Shown piece after piece: positions 23,853 through 36,895 of a stretch of 64,000 nucleotides of DNA. The DNA comes from Gracilinanus agilis (taxonomy: Eukaryota), in the NCBI RefSeq assembly GCF_016433145.1, contig NC_058132.1:251306911-251370910 (forward strand), given 5' to 3'. Both the position numbers and the translations under genes were made by a program. The notes beneath the pieces are model-generated. The model was not told the DNA's origin. It saw nothing but the letters and a program-made list of their open reading frames with translations, and searched no databases. Every line of letters starts with the position of its first letter. Position 1 is the first letter of the stretch.

Positions 23853-24198
23853 TTAGTCTTCTAAAATCATGAATGATTACTGTTTTGATCAGAGTTTTGA
23901 GGTCTTTGAATGAAAGTTGTACATCATGTTATATTATTGTTGTATGTAAGTTCCTGAGTAATCATTATGTAAGTTCTTTTTTTTTTAATTTTATGCTACA
24001 TTAGTTTATAGAAATCTTTTGATCTTTCTCTGAATTCTTCATATTTTTCATTTCTTATGGAATAATAATATTCCATTCCATTCCATACCACAGCTTTATT
24101 CATCCTTTTCCCAATAGATAGAAAACATTTTTTAGGAAACCCAGATTGTTTCCAATTTCTTTGCTACAATAAAAAGTGTTACTATAAACACTTTTGTA

Positions 24199-24667
24199 CA
24201 GTGATGGTGAACCTATGGCATAGGTGCCAAAAATGGCACTCAGAGCACACTCTATGGGCACACAGGCCACCTTCCCCCACAACTCCCCAGAGTTTGTTAC
24301 TAGAAGGGTAGAGGAATTTGGGCAGAGCTGCTCCCTTCCCCATCTCCACCATGCCTAACAACATTTTTTTCACATCCCCCGACCCTCTGCTCAGTGGCCT
24401 AATGGGAGCACACAGGGGGTAAAGTGGGTAGCTCACAGGCAACAGAGCTGGAGGGGAGCAGAGCATTTGGGCTACTCCCCTCTCCCTTTCTACTCACTGA
24501 GGACATTCCTCACTTTATCCACCCCCTCTGTCCAGCAACCCAATGGGAGTGCTTATTCTCACCCTTGTGTGGGGAAAAGCACTTGGTGGGGGAGAGGGGC
24601 ACATGGTTTTGGGGGGCAGGGAGGGGAAGGGCCAGGCACTCTGTCTCTAAAAGGTTCCCCATCAATG
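24199..24667. mobile_element. Non-autonomous hAT DNA transposon (469 bp)
   Basis: 16-bp TIRs CAGTGATGGTGAACCT / AGGTTCCCCATCAATG (14/16 complementary). Flanks CTTTTGTA / CTCTAATA match 5/8. Internal diverged duplicated module. Inserted in an L1 fragment. Confidence 0.85.
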
Positions 24668-26317
24668 CTCTAATACTTATTTTTTCCTCTTTCCTTCTTC
24701 TCCCTCTTTCCTTCTTCTCCTTGAGTAGGGACTAAGAATAATATCACTACTTCAAAGAATAGGTATATTTTAGTGACTTTGGGGGAATAGTTCTGAATTG
24801 TTTTCCAGAATACTTGGTCCAATAGACTTGGACCTTGAATATGTAACCTCTTGGTCCACTCAACTGGAAAATCTCTAAGGCCTGTCCCCTTCTCCCACTG
24901 ATGAGTTCATTCCAGGGTCTCCATTTTGGAGAGTGGTCTTCTCTGGCCAATCTTATTTTTTGTTTTTCCTGGCTCTGCTTTTGATTTTCAAGATTTGAAT
25001 ATCACTAACTTCCCCTCCTCCCCTCTTTGTTTGAGTCATCATTTTTATCTCATACAACAGTGATATAGATTATGCATGTAGGTTAGTGGCATTAATACAG
25101 AAAAGTGGTTCAAATGCTAACTGAATTCACAGCTGGAGTAAGAGTCAAATACAGCAACTTGAGTTAGAAATAGCAAATTTGAGACTCTTGAAAGCTAAGA
25201 ACAAGTTAAAAAGTCACTCTTTAGTAATATGATTAATTTTTTTATTATGCATCTTTGAAAGTACTTCAAAATAGATTCTATAATTCTATAATAAAGACTA
25301 AGTTCTAGGGTAAAGAGACATGCTTGAGGGATTTTATTTTGATTTCCTGCTTTCCCTACCTTTCTGAATACTAGAATTTTAATTTACCTAAGGAAAAGCA
25401 TTCCAATGGACTTTTCTAATATCTAGTTCCAGATGGCTATGAAAGACCAGGCATTTTCCTTTTGCCACTATTAATTTGGAAAATAATTTTGAAGACAAAA
25501 TTGGCGTTAAAATCAGAGTGGGACCAAGGAGACAAAGAACAGGGTTTTTTAAAAGATTACAATCATACACAGGAAGGGGATGAGAGCTTCCAGGATCAGT
25601 TGAACAAGATATGTCAGAAGTAGAAGGGATTAGAGGTGATTGCCTATCAGTGTTAAATGTTCATTTGCATATTAGCTATTCAAGGGAGGAAACCCTTAGG
25701 GTTCCTTCTTCAGAATATCTGGTTGAGTATTGTCTGTTCAACTAATGTCATCAGGGTTGTAAGAAATATGTATTATCATATAACATATGATAAAATATAT
25801 TGTTATACAATATAATATTATAAACTATTAAATGTAAAGCATTAAATGTATTATATTTTAAATATCCACAGTTAATACCACAAAAATCAATTCAAAATAA
25901 CAGTGAATGAAATATTTTTCTTTTTTGGGAGACTAAGACAACACAACATTCAGAAGCAAATAAAGCTAGTGGCTTACTATTTGATAAACCCAAAGAGCTG
26001 AGCTACTGGTTAAAAACACACTATCTAAAAACAATTGCTAGGAAAACTGGAAAGTAGTTTGGCAAGAACTAGATATGGATCAAAATCTTAGGTCATATGC
26101 TAATAAGTTCCAAATGGATAAACAACTTAGATACTAAAGGTGACATCATAAACAAATTAAACAAACAAGGAAGTAATTGCCTTTCAGATCTATGGATAAG
26201 GGAAGAGTTTATGAACAAACAAGGAGATAGAGCAGATTACAAGGTGATAAAATCAACAATTTTGATGACTTAAAATTAATAAGTTTTTTTTGCATAAACA
26301 AAATCAGTGCAGCTAAA

Positions 26318-26744
26318 CTCTTCCCCCTCCTTGACCTGTTAAAATTCTGGATTTCAAAACCCTGCTTTTAATGTTGTGTCATCCTGGATCTTCCTCCATG
26401 CCAAGGGTCTCCTCCCTTTGGTACACCCAATTACCCCTGAGGCCAACTCAACCAGAAATGTCTTTCAGAGAAGGTTTGCCCTCTTCTCCCATTGCTGGCC
26501 CTTTCTGGCCAACTTTTATTCCTTTCCTGGCTTTGCTTCTGACTTTGCAGACTTGAACACCATGACCTTTCCCCCTCCTTTTTTCCCCTCTGATTTTTAG
26601 CTTCCTTGTTGTGTGTTATTTTCCTCTATTAGAATATAAGCAGCTAAAGGGCCTGCAGGATTTTCTTTTTGCTTATATTTGTATCTCCACATCTTAGCAC
26701 CATGCACATTGGAAGTACTTAATAAATGTTTCTTTTTTTACTTT
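26318..26744 (+). mobile_element. L2-tailed element nested in L1
   Basis: Ends in an L2-type tail (ttgtatctcc...cttagcac...gtacttaataaatgttt). Flanked by CTAAA repeats. The L1 frame rejoins across it. Confidence 0.65.
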
Positions 26745-27150
26745 CTAAAATAAGAAAAGAAACAGGAAAAATCTTTGGAATACGTTTGGCCAATAAGGAC
26801 CTCATTTCAAATATAAGGAAATGATTCAGACCTGTTAGGTTAAGAATCCAATTGATAAATGGTCAGTGGATATCAACAGGAAGTTTTCAGAAGAAAAGCA
26901 GTCCAAACAGTAGCAATAGGAATGAATGCTCCAAATCACCAAAAGAAATATAACTTAAGGCAAATCTGAGGTTTTGTCTAATACCATCAGTTTGGCAAAG
27001 TTGACAAAAAAGAAAATGACAATATTAGAAGAGATGCAGGAAAGTGGGGACACTAAGGCACTGTTGTTGGAGGTGAGAATTGGTTCAGCTATTCAGAAAA
27101 GCAATTTGGAACTATGTCAAAAAAGTTACTGGATACCTTTGACTCTCTAC

Positions 27151-27860
27151 TGTTATAATGAAATCAGGGAAAGCAGGAAATACCAGGCAGAGGCAGGGAG
27201 AGAATTCCAGAGCCCTGGAGACAGTGACTCTCTGAGGAGACAATTGGTTGCTGGACTTGCTCTCTAGACCTAGTCTGTGTGGACTTATTTTTCAAGCCTT
27301 TCGCCTGTCAGGAAGTAGTTGCGTTTGGTTTAAGCTACACAGGTGGACTGTTAGTAAGATCCTTACTCCCTTTCCTTGTGGATTTATACCTGCTGCTGTG
27401 ATTCAACTGGATTCCTGCCAGACCCAAAGGACAACAGTTGTGAGATCTCCCCTTGCTGACCCAGTGGACCTGGTATACCTTCCAGCTTTCCCTACTCTGA
27501 ATTATTAGCAAAGGGGGTTGGGGTGGGGATTCTGGTTAGGTTATAGCTTAGGCAGACTGGGGATCTTGAGGTAGAGATAAGGGTTGTACCATCTATTTGA
27601 ATCCTGTTGGACTTTGGTGGGAGGGATTTAGTTTTAATCCCAGTTAGATCATCCCACTCCCTTTCCTTATTTGTCCTAGTTTTATAATAAACCCTGTTTA
27701 ACAACTTAGAGTTAACTTGTCAGTTTCTCCCTAGAATCCTTCCCAAATCTAAAGGACTTCTGAATAACTGGCCCAAAGGACTATTTCATCAAGTGACTAG
27801 AAAAGCCACCGAAAATTCTAACCATTATTACCTACTAATATTCATTATTTACTTATTTCA
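27151..27860 (+). mobile_element. Solo ERV LTR (710 bp), 4-bp TSD
   Basis: TGTTATAA...ATTTCA termini, perfect CTAC TSD (27147-27150, 27861-27864) and AATAAA at 27686-27691. The L1 resumes on the right. Confidence 0.88.
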
Positions 27861-29639
27861 CTACCAGGTACAAGTCCAGAGCAACCTCCCTCCTAAATGT
27901 TCTGACCAACCACCATTTGTGCCAATCTAAATTAGGGCCTTCCAAACTCATTCATTAGCTATGGCTGAACACATTATACATCGACTTTAGTTTTGTGATG
28001 TCATTGGTCTTATTTGAAAACAAAAAGATAAACAACAGCAATAGCTAGTTTTATGTTCCAGAAATCCTAGATGGAAGAAAAGGACCTATATTTGCAAAAA
28101 TATAAATTTTTGTGGTAGCAAAGAACTGGGAATGAAGGGGAAATCTATCAGTTGGGGAATGGCCAGACAAATATGAGTCTATTGGAATGCTATTTTGCCA
28201 CAAGAAATGAAGGGGCTGTTTCCAGAGAAACCTGGGAAGACATATGAAATGACACAAAGCGAAGAGGATGATTTCAAAGAAACCTGGGAAGATTTGTATG
28301 AATGGATGCAAAATAGAGTTAGAGATAGGAGAACTATTAATAGAACAGTCACGCTATTAAAACTAACAACTTTTTTTGAAAGTCTTTAGAACTCTAATCA
28401 GTGCAATGACTGTTGATAATTCCAGGAGGCTGATGACAAAGCACGTTGTCTACTTCCTCACAGAAAAGTAATGGACAGGCAAAGTCCTAGTTTAAAGTAT
28501 AAACTAACTTGAATGGTATTTATAGAGAAAGATGGTAGAAAACTATGAGGAGTGTTGCCTCATAAAAGCGAGAAGCAAAGGAGGAAATAATAAGTTTGCA
28601 GAAAGCTTGGCAGGAGGCCTAAATTATACGAAAATCATATGTATTTAATCCAACCCCTCCCTTTCAGTTGAAATCTGTCAGATAATTTATTAACATACAG
28701 GCCTTTCTGCGTGGAGAAATGTTAATAGTTGGAAACAACCCTGGAAATCAGAATACCTTCTCTGACCTAAGCAACTTCCAATTGATATTTATAGTGTGAA
28801 ACAGAAGATGAAATTACATCACAAAGATTCATGTTTAGCTTTTTAAAAATTTTGTTTTTTTTTTATTTACTGGCTATGTTGTACAGTGGATAGAGGACTT
28901 GACCTGAAGTCAGGAAAATAAGTTCAAATTCTGCCTCAGACATTTCTTAGCTAGATATGTGACCCTGAGCAAGTCACTTAACTTCTACTTCCCTCAGTTT
29001 CTTTATCTGTAAAATGAAGATAACAGCTCCAGCCTCCCAGCATTGTTATAAGGATACATTTTTTTGTAAAAGTTTTGCAGACAGACAAAATCTACTCCCT
29101 CTTCCATGTGATCTTTTTCAAATACTTGAATGTTTAAGATCCTATCCTCCCCAAGTCTTCTTTAGGTCTAATTTCCCATTCCCCTCAACTGATCATCATA
29201 AGGCAAGATTAAATATAGGACTTCACCAGGCTATCTTAACATTTTCTTGTAAAACACCGAGAGCCTGAGGGAATATGATGCAAAATTGTTAAGTTTTTTA
29301 AGAGAGAAGGGAGAAATGAGAGTGACAAATCTTTGGATGACTTAAGATGACAGCACAGGGACCAAGGAGGAAGGGAAGATCAAGGGGACATTCTAATGCA
29401 GCCAGTAATCTTAAAGCACAGTATAAATGCTATTATTATTACTAAAGGGAATAGTTATATGTTTGGCGAATCCTTAAAAGAAAAAACCTTCCTAAAACCA
29501 CTCTTCCCCTCTCTTTATTATTCCTAATGATTCTCTTTCAGTTTGGTCCAGGGCAAACAAAGGGATATCTCTCTTAACTGAATTAAACAAAAAGTCTTTT
29601 CCCCCCTGTAGGTGGGATTTTATTTATTTTCTTAAATTA

Positions 29640-29990
29640 TTTTATTTTTTACTCATTAAATGTAATAACAAATTTCCACATAAGTTTTCTGAAGTTATGT
29701 GGTCCAAAGTTGTCTCCTTTGCTCCTTTCCCTCCCCCGGTCCCCTTGAGCTGGCAAACAATTCAATTTGGTTAAATGTGTATTATCGTACAAAAATATTT
29801 CCATGTCGTTCATTTTTTTTTTTGTGAATAATCTTATAAAACCAAAACCCCAAAACATAAAACCCAAATAAACAAGTGAAAAATCATATGCTTTGATCTG
29901 CATTCCAACTCCAACAGTTCTTTCTCTGGAAGTGGACAGCATTCTTTGTCATATGTCCCTCAGGATTGTCCAGGCTCATTGTATTCCCCT
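29640..29990 (-). mobile_element. L1 3' end, reverse
   Basis: Reverse complement of the marsupial L1 3' region (ttccaactccaacagttctttctctggaagtggacagcattc). Confidence 0.75.
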
Positions 29991-31150
29991 GCAGCTTTTA
30001 ACAAAGTTAACCTCGCAATTCTCCTAGACACTCTCTTCTCTGGGCTGTCATGACATAGCTTCCTCTTTGTTCTTTTATTTGTTTGACTGTTCCCCCTTGG
30101 TCTTCTTTATAGCATCATCACCCATAGGACATCCCCCAGTTCTAGGAGTGTTCTGAGGCTTTCTCCTGGAGTCTCTTCTCTTCTTTCTCTATACTTTGAT
30201 TTCATGCCCTCATCAGCCCCCATGAGTTGTCATAATCTCTATGCACATGACTCACAGCTCTATGTACCAGCTGTCCCTCCTCTCTTCTGAACTCCTGTCT
30301 TGTATCACTAACTAAAACTCTTCACTACCTGACCCCCTTCCTACTTTCCAGTCTTTCATCCCATCCACACACTGTAGAATCCAGCCTACCTAATGTCTCT
30401 ACATTAACATGTGTGCCCAAACTTGCGGACAGAGCTGGATCTACATGTTAATAGAAGAGATTGTGCATATGAGATGATTTGAGAGAAGCCAGAACAAAGC
30501 TGCCAGATGCTTAAAGTATGCATCTCGTAAGTCTGGAACCTTAGACCAACCCCTTAGCCTTTCCTCAAACCTCAAATTGCTAGGATTGTTGAAGGATCAA
30601 ATGAGATAATAATTGTCAAGCACTTAGCATGCTGCCTGGCACACAGTGGGTGCTTAAGATATGTTGTTTAATTTCCTAAAATGTTACCTGAAAGGTGGAG
30701 TGAGGGGAGGGTTACCTGCTAGCCTGCTCCCATTAGTTCCTTGGTTTCATGGTACCTGAGCATCACAGAAGCTATTTAGTCCAACCTCTCTCTACCTGAA
30801 CAAGAATTGCTTCTATTGCAAGTAGGAAAATAGATTGTTGGAGTTGTGCTTATAGTTAGCCTGATTTGGCCTCCCTATAATTTCCACCCCTTGCTCCTAA
30901 TTCTGCCTTCAGTCAAATACTGACAAGGCCAAAGCACAATTGGGACATCCAGTCATCTTCATCAGATGCTCTGGATTACCACTGCCCTTCCTCCCAGAGT
31001 GTTTCCTTTACCCTGCAAAATAATTCATTTTATTTCATGTAAGCTTTGGTAATGCAACCACAAAGGACTCTCTGCACCCCACCCCCCGACAAAAACAACA
31101 GATCCTCCCCCAAATCACCAACTGACATCATTTTAAAAAACATATAAAAT

Positions 31151-31156
31151 TTTATT
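31151..31156 (-). terminator. DCAF17: Candidate distal poly(A) signal of DCAF17
   Basis: AATAAA on the minus strand followed by U/GU-rich sequence (ttttatatg...gatgtcagttgtggtg...tgttgtttttgt). Implies a ~3.3-kb 3'UTR. Inferred, no transcript data. Confidence 0.5.
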
Positions 31157-34100
31157 AAAACCATATAACGACCCTTTAGGTCTTCAAATACAATTATTAT
31201 ATAAATACAATACCAAAGACAACATTTTCATTAAACAGATTGGCTAAATGGATAGGGACTCTTTATTATATCTGCACATAGGATTCTTCAGTCAACAGAA
31301 TTTGTTGTATCCATATCAGATTATGATAATATTCATTAAAATGTGGTTCAATTTGGTTTTGACTATGTATAGAGCTATACATACATACACATATGTGCAG
31401 ATATATATATGTATGTCACAGTATCATAGATTTAGAGCTAGAAGAAACTTAAAAGGCCATTTAGGTCAATACTCTCATTTTACAGAAAGGGAAACCAAAG
31501 ACTAGAGAGGTTAGGTGAGTTGCTCAAAGTCATGCTGATAGTGTTACTGTCACAGGTTAGATTTGAACTGAGGTTTTCTGTTTTCAGAACCAGCACTATT
31601 TTCACTCCAAAGTATTGATTTACATTAGTATTAGCTTACCCTAAATCAGCTTGAGAATTACAATTTCAGGACAGAGCCAAAGGAAATAGGTTTGGACTGT
31701 TCTATAAAGCACTCAGCTTAGATAGAAAGAAGAAAATTCAATTTTGGTTAGAGTTATTACACTTTGATGTCAAGAAGTCAAGAAAATGATCTCAGAAAGG
31801 TGAGGGAATGGTTACTAAGTGACTTCTTATAGTCTTTTTTTCAGTCCAGTAATTCTACATTCTTTAGATTAATGTCAACCGTTTTCAAAACAAAAAGCCT
31901 ACATAAAATCTTGCAAAAACACTTTTTGCAAAATAACAATTAAATTTCATTGAGAGAAAGATTTGACTGTGAGGTTCTTGAAAGCAGGCACTGTTTTATC
32001 TGGAGAGGGTTTTGGTCTTTCTTTGTATCCCTAGCACTCAGAGTCTGACACGTAGTAGGTGCTTAATAAGTAGTAAATAAATGCTTGTTGACTTTGAATT
32101 CAGCAAAGACTTTGAAGCCTAGCTAGATCCATCTGTGGTTCCATGAAACACTCTTGAGAAAAGGATTATGGTCATAGTCAGAGTTCTGTTCTTGAATATG
32201 ATTCAAGGTAATCAAAACCCTAGTCTCTTTTCCCCTGGCATTTCATGCTTGCCTTTCCCTTGGAGATATTCTCATCCTATTCCTTCTTGTATTTTCAGTC
32301 TGTAAATTCATTGGGCTGGTCTGTGCTTAGATACAGTTTACATTTAATTATATTTAGGATAGCACCAGCAGACAATACATCACTGCTTCATAATAATCAT
32401 AATCTTGACCTATTGCTACCAACAAAACTATGTCTACAAAGTACTCTGAGGTCCTCAGAAGCTATATATTAAATACTATTATATATTACACTGTGTGAAG
32501 AATGGTTTCTTCAATTAGCAGATACAGGAGAATATTACAATTCAACAATACATGTTAGTTTTTATAATCTCATTGAGTAAAATTTACACAGGAGTCAATC
32601 ACTCATGCTATTTCAGAGAGTTACATATTACTACAACAGTATATAGGGCCACAAAGACTTTTTTTCCACTCTTCTTCTTGTTCTTAATTTCAAAACAAGT
32701 CAGATAATTATTTCCTTTTCTATTTAAGAAAGGACAATTTTTTTTTTACAATGGGAGTTAGCTTTTTATCTAACCTCCAAGTTCTATTACCTACCCCATT
32801 AAGCTGGGAGTATTTGACACCTGTCTTTCCTTAGCCCTGTAAATGCTTGTAGGTTTGGTTTTTATTTTCAAATTTCTAAAGGTGGAATCTAAAGGCAAAA
32901 TGGATATCCTTTATCCATGGGAGTAGGCTAAATCTGAACAAGAAGAATGTTAAAGGTATTCATTTAAATGACCAAAGCTGAACTCTCATATTGAAACTCT
33001 CCTGCACTTGAATATATTTATGATTCTACTGGTTATTTCCTTCCCTTCTGTGTTTTCCAATACTAGTCTTTGAAGCTGAACAAGGGAAATATGTGGGACA
33101 TGTGGATGGCAAGCAATTGGGTCTCTAAAACAGGAACCATACAAAATTCCTCCCTTTACTTAGAATACCTTTTATTTTACATCCTGAACAAAGGAGAGTC
33201 TTGACTCAGATCTGTTATGACACAGAGAAGGATGAATGCTCTACTATCTCAGTCTAGAAACCTTGCAGAAGGCTCATTCTCTCCAGCTATTCAGGAACTT
33301 ACCCAGATCATTCCTGGACTTTCATATATGACATCTGAAGTAAAAAGAGCTGCTGGTATGAAAGGCATATCCAATCAACTGCATTAGTGTGAAGCAGTTG
33401 TTTACAAAAGAATTCTGACAAAATGGGGGCCAAGGATGATCCACCAAATGTGGAGATGGCAAAGGTCCAAATGTTCCATCTGCGACAGCAACATTTTACA
33501 ATGTATTTATCAAGATTAAACTTGATTATATGATCAGAAAAAAAGAGACCCTATTTCTCCAAATCCAGATTCATAACAAAACTTGTCAGAGCAGCCTATA
33601 GTACAAATAATTAGCACCCTGTGAGAAACGAAAAAAAATACAAAGATTGTGTATCTAGGAATTAGCACCTAATCTGGATAATGTATACAAATATAGCTCC
33701 TATAAGACAAATGTAAAACTTTTTTAAAAATTCCTGACAAACAGGCATTTTTGGCTCAAAAATAAGTCTTTACTCATAGCTATCCATCTCCTCCATCTCA
33801 GGACACAGAGGCTAGAAGAGGTATGCTTGATCATTTCTAATATATTTTGTTTATTCCTGGGTTGTGGGGGACTTGGGGGGGGGGTAGGAGGGAGGGATGA
33901 GTGAGGCAGGTGGGTGAGAGAGGAAGGGAAGATGGGGTACATAGTTTCCATGTGAATGGAAGCTTTGTTATACTTTCTCTTTAAGGCCTTTGCAGAATTG
34001 TATTAAAGATCTAAATCTGTGGATGGCAAAAACCCAGCTTGTGTCTGACTGTTGGGTTGGTCCCTCTCTGTTCTAGGCTGTGCCTCTTTTGGGTTTCACT

Positions 34101-34418
34101 GGGGCAATGTAGTGGTATAAGAGATGCTGGGGTGGTAAGTGGCATGTATGAGAGCATGGAAGGGTACAGCATTGCTTCCTGCTAAAGATATTCTTTCCTC
34201 TAGTTGCCATCAAGGAAAGAAAAAACTGGGCTCATAATGCAAGAAAGTCAGCTAGAACTTTAAGCTCAAGTTTGGGCTTAATCATGGCTCCATGCTTTGT
34301 CAAAAGTCTCAGGAGCTTCAACTCGAAGAGTAAAATTGTTCTCCGTTCCTTACCCCAACATCACCATTATCATCTTAATCTTCTTGTCCTTAAAAAAAAA
34401 TCTTTTTTTAACAACTGC

Positions 34419-34544
34419 TCATTTCTCATCCTCTTCCACAGCATCACATACCATCTGGTAAACATAGCAACTGAAGACTCTGTTGGGTTTCTGTTCTATG
34501 TGCAAAACTAAGTCTCTGTCGAAGTAAACTTCATGGCTGTATGT
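34419..34544 (-). CDS. DCAF17: DCAF17 exon 14 (last coding exon)
   Basis: tatag|TYSHEVYFDRDLVLHIEQKPNRVFSCYVYQMVCDAVEEDEK*; TGA at 34421-34419. Confidence 0.97.
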   Translation of the reverse strand, partial: TYSHEVYFDRDLVLHIEQKPNRVFSCYVYQMVCDAVEEDEK

Positions 34545-35595
34545 CTATAATTGAGAAAACAACATGAATGGAAATTTCATTTGACAGAGCCCTATTTAAA
34601 GTGCCACAAAACATCTTTCCATTAAAATCTCAACAGAAGAGACCAATGAACAGAATATCCAATATAATTATATATTTAATGATCAAATCCAACAAATATT
34701 TATATAAGCACTTACTACACATTATAGAGTTACAAAGCCCTTGTATAAATTATTCTGCTTAATTCTTAAAACAGTGCTGTGAGACAGGAAGGGAAGGTGC
34801 TATTCCCATTTTAGAGACTAGGAAATTCAGATTATAAATTGTTAAAGTGACTTGCCCAAGGTCACACAGCTATTCAGTGTGCTGTCAGAACTCAAATTCA
34901 GACCCTCTGAATTATAGTGAAATACTCTTTCTGTTAACAAGTTGCCATTCAAATATGTACTTAGCAGCAACCATGCTACAGGGAAAAGACAACTTTTTCA
35001 ACATTCACAGATACAGATCAGAAAGTCATCAAATAAATCATAGAGATGGTCAAGGTCCCTGCCTCAAGACACTAGTGTTTTTTATTTTTATTTTCCTCTA
35101 TATCCTAGTAACAACTCCCAGACAGAGGGGGTAAGAGCTAGGGAAATGAGGTTAAGTGACTTGCTCAGGGTCACAGATAGGCAATGTCTTAGGCTAGATC
35201 AGAACCCAGGTCTTCATAACTGTAGGCTTAGTGCTCTGTGCTACTTAGCTGCCCTCAAACTCCACACCCCCAACCCCTTTTTTTTTTTTTGCTTGTGTTT
35301 TAAATGAAACCCAAAACAATGGAGAGTGGAGAAAAGTCAGGTGATAATGTAGAGGACCAGAAAGTTATATGTTAAGTGTGGGGGGGAAAAACACGACTCT
35401 CTCTTTAGAAGGGGGTCCCCATCTGGGAAAAAGTAATTGCTGTACTCTTCCTGCAGGATTTTAGATCCCATTCATGCTTTCATTAGTCACTGGAAAGAGT
35501 CTGGCTTGTGCACAACACTGTGGCAGACACACCTTGCCATAAACATCAGACAAAGGGAGAGGTTGTCAGACTTGGCTTTAGTGGCTTTTACTCAC

Positions 35596-35751
35596 CACAT
35601 CCCACGACTCCACTAATGGAATGCTCTTGAGTAATGTCCCATGTTCGTTACAGTGGAAATCCAGGTGAGCTTTCCCTTCAGTGTCCAGTTGAGTGACTGC
35701 CACCACTGAGAGCAAATCCAACTCATCTTCATAGTCCACAATTTTGAAAGT
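35596..35751 (-). CDS. DCAF17: DCAF17 exon 13 (156 bp)
   Basis: TFKIVDYEDELDLLSVVAVTQLDTEGKAHLDFHCNEHGTLLKSIPLVESWDV; AG/GT (gtgagt). Confidence 0.97.
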
Positions 35752-36496
35752 CTTGATTGCAAAGAGGGGATGGGTAGTGTGTAAGGGAGAAAAGTTAACT
35801 CTAGTTATTTAGATGTGATCACTGTGTTACTTAAAAGTATTCTGTTTCTAATGAGAAATAAAGAGGAAGGACAGGCAGGAGGGAGAGGGATGGGGCAGAC
35901 AGGCATACCCATTCTTGCATCAAGGAATATATCATAATCATAAGATATTTCACAGTTAAACAACACCCTGTAAAGATCCTGCTGGGATCTCAGGATCTAC
36001 AACTCCCTGTGCATGTCAACAAGAAAATAATCAAATTTCTCTGTGTTGACAGCAGGCAAGCATGAACAAGCTCGGGAAAGAAGGAACAGAACAATTTATA
36101 GACATTCTAAGATTCTGGCTGTCAAAACTAGCTCTTACCCCCACCTTGCCTATTTTATTAATGACTGATTGGATTAACTATACACTGAGGTCAATTCTCT
36201 CTAGGTTATTAGTAGAAAGATGAAAATGCTCTGAAGGTTCATTCAAAGAGAACACATATGGATGTGCTTTTCCCCAGCATGTCTTTTCCTTGCATTCATT
36301 GTCCTTCTCCTGCAATGGCTAAGTAACATCCTTTTGTCTCATGGGCTACAAGCATCTCATTTTATTCCAATTCTGAACCTAGGTTGGCAGCCTGACCTGG
36401 TGAGTCCTGTCTCTTACACTAGGAGCACAAATCTATAAAATCAGTATGTTATGGCAAACCAGTTCTTCTATTCATCACTTGTGGTTAAATTCTTAC

Positions 36497-36580
36497 CTCT
36501 TGTTCTGGGTCATCATCCAACAGATTAAAACGTCTCTTCACCACTCGTCCAGAGGCTGTAACAGTTAATAAGCCTTTGGT
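36497..36580 (-). CDS. DCAF17: DCAF17 exon 12 (84 bp)
   Basis: TKGLLTVTASGRVVKRRFNLLDDDPEQE; AG/GT (gtaaga). Confidence 0.96.
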
Positions 36581-36895
36581 CTAAGATTTCAGGGAAAGAA
36601 ACAGATATGATGGACTTTAGACACATGCACTGAATAACTGTATCAATCTGCATTTAAAAAAATGAAATACCCTCACACTGTATTCAACAAGCAATAATGT
36701 CTCAAATCAACAAAATAAAGAAGTCAAGGGTTTTTTCACTTATATATTTAACATGAAAAGGTTAATTATCCAAGAGTTTGCAAATGTTTTTCTTTTTTTG
36801 CAATCCATCATTGCCAGCAAAGGAACAACCTGCACAAGAAAAGCAATCATATGATGAGTTCCTCACTGATCTCTTTCTTATTCATTACTCTGGCA

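Larger units (their letters stand above)
25880..28480 (+). mobile_element. L1 ORF2 C-terminal/3' fragment, multiply interrupted
   Basis: Late-ORF2 remnants (FDKPK, FCINKISAAK|IRKE, LLLEVRIGSAIQKSNLE, DDFKETWEDLYEWMQ) separated by nested inserts. Confidence 0.8.

Noticed and set aside
7516-35751. DCAF17-CYBRD1 read-through fusion protein
   Set aside because: DCAF17 exon 13 ends in phase 0 while CYBRD1 exon 2 must start in phase 1. Nothing in the sequence supports read-through.
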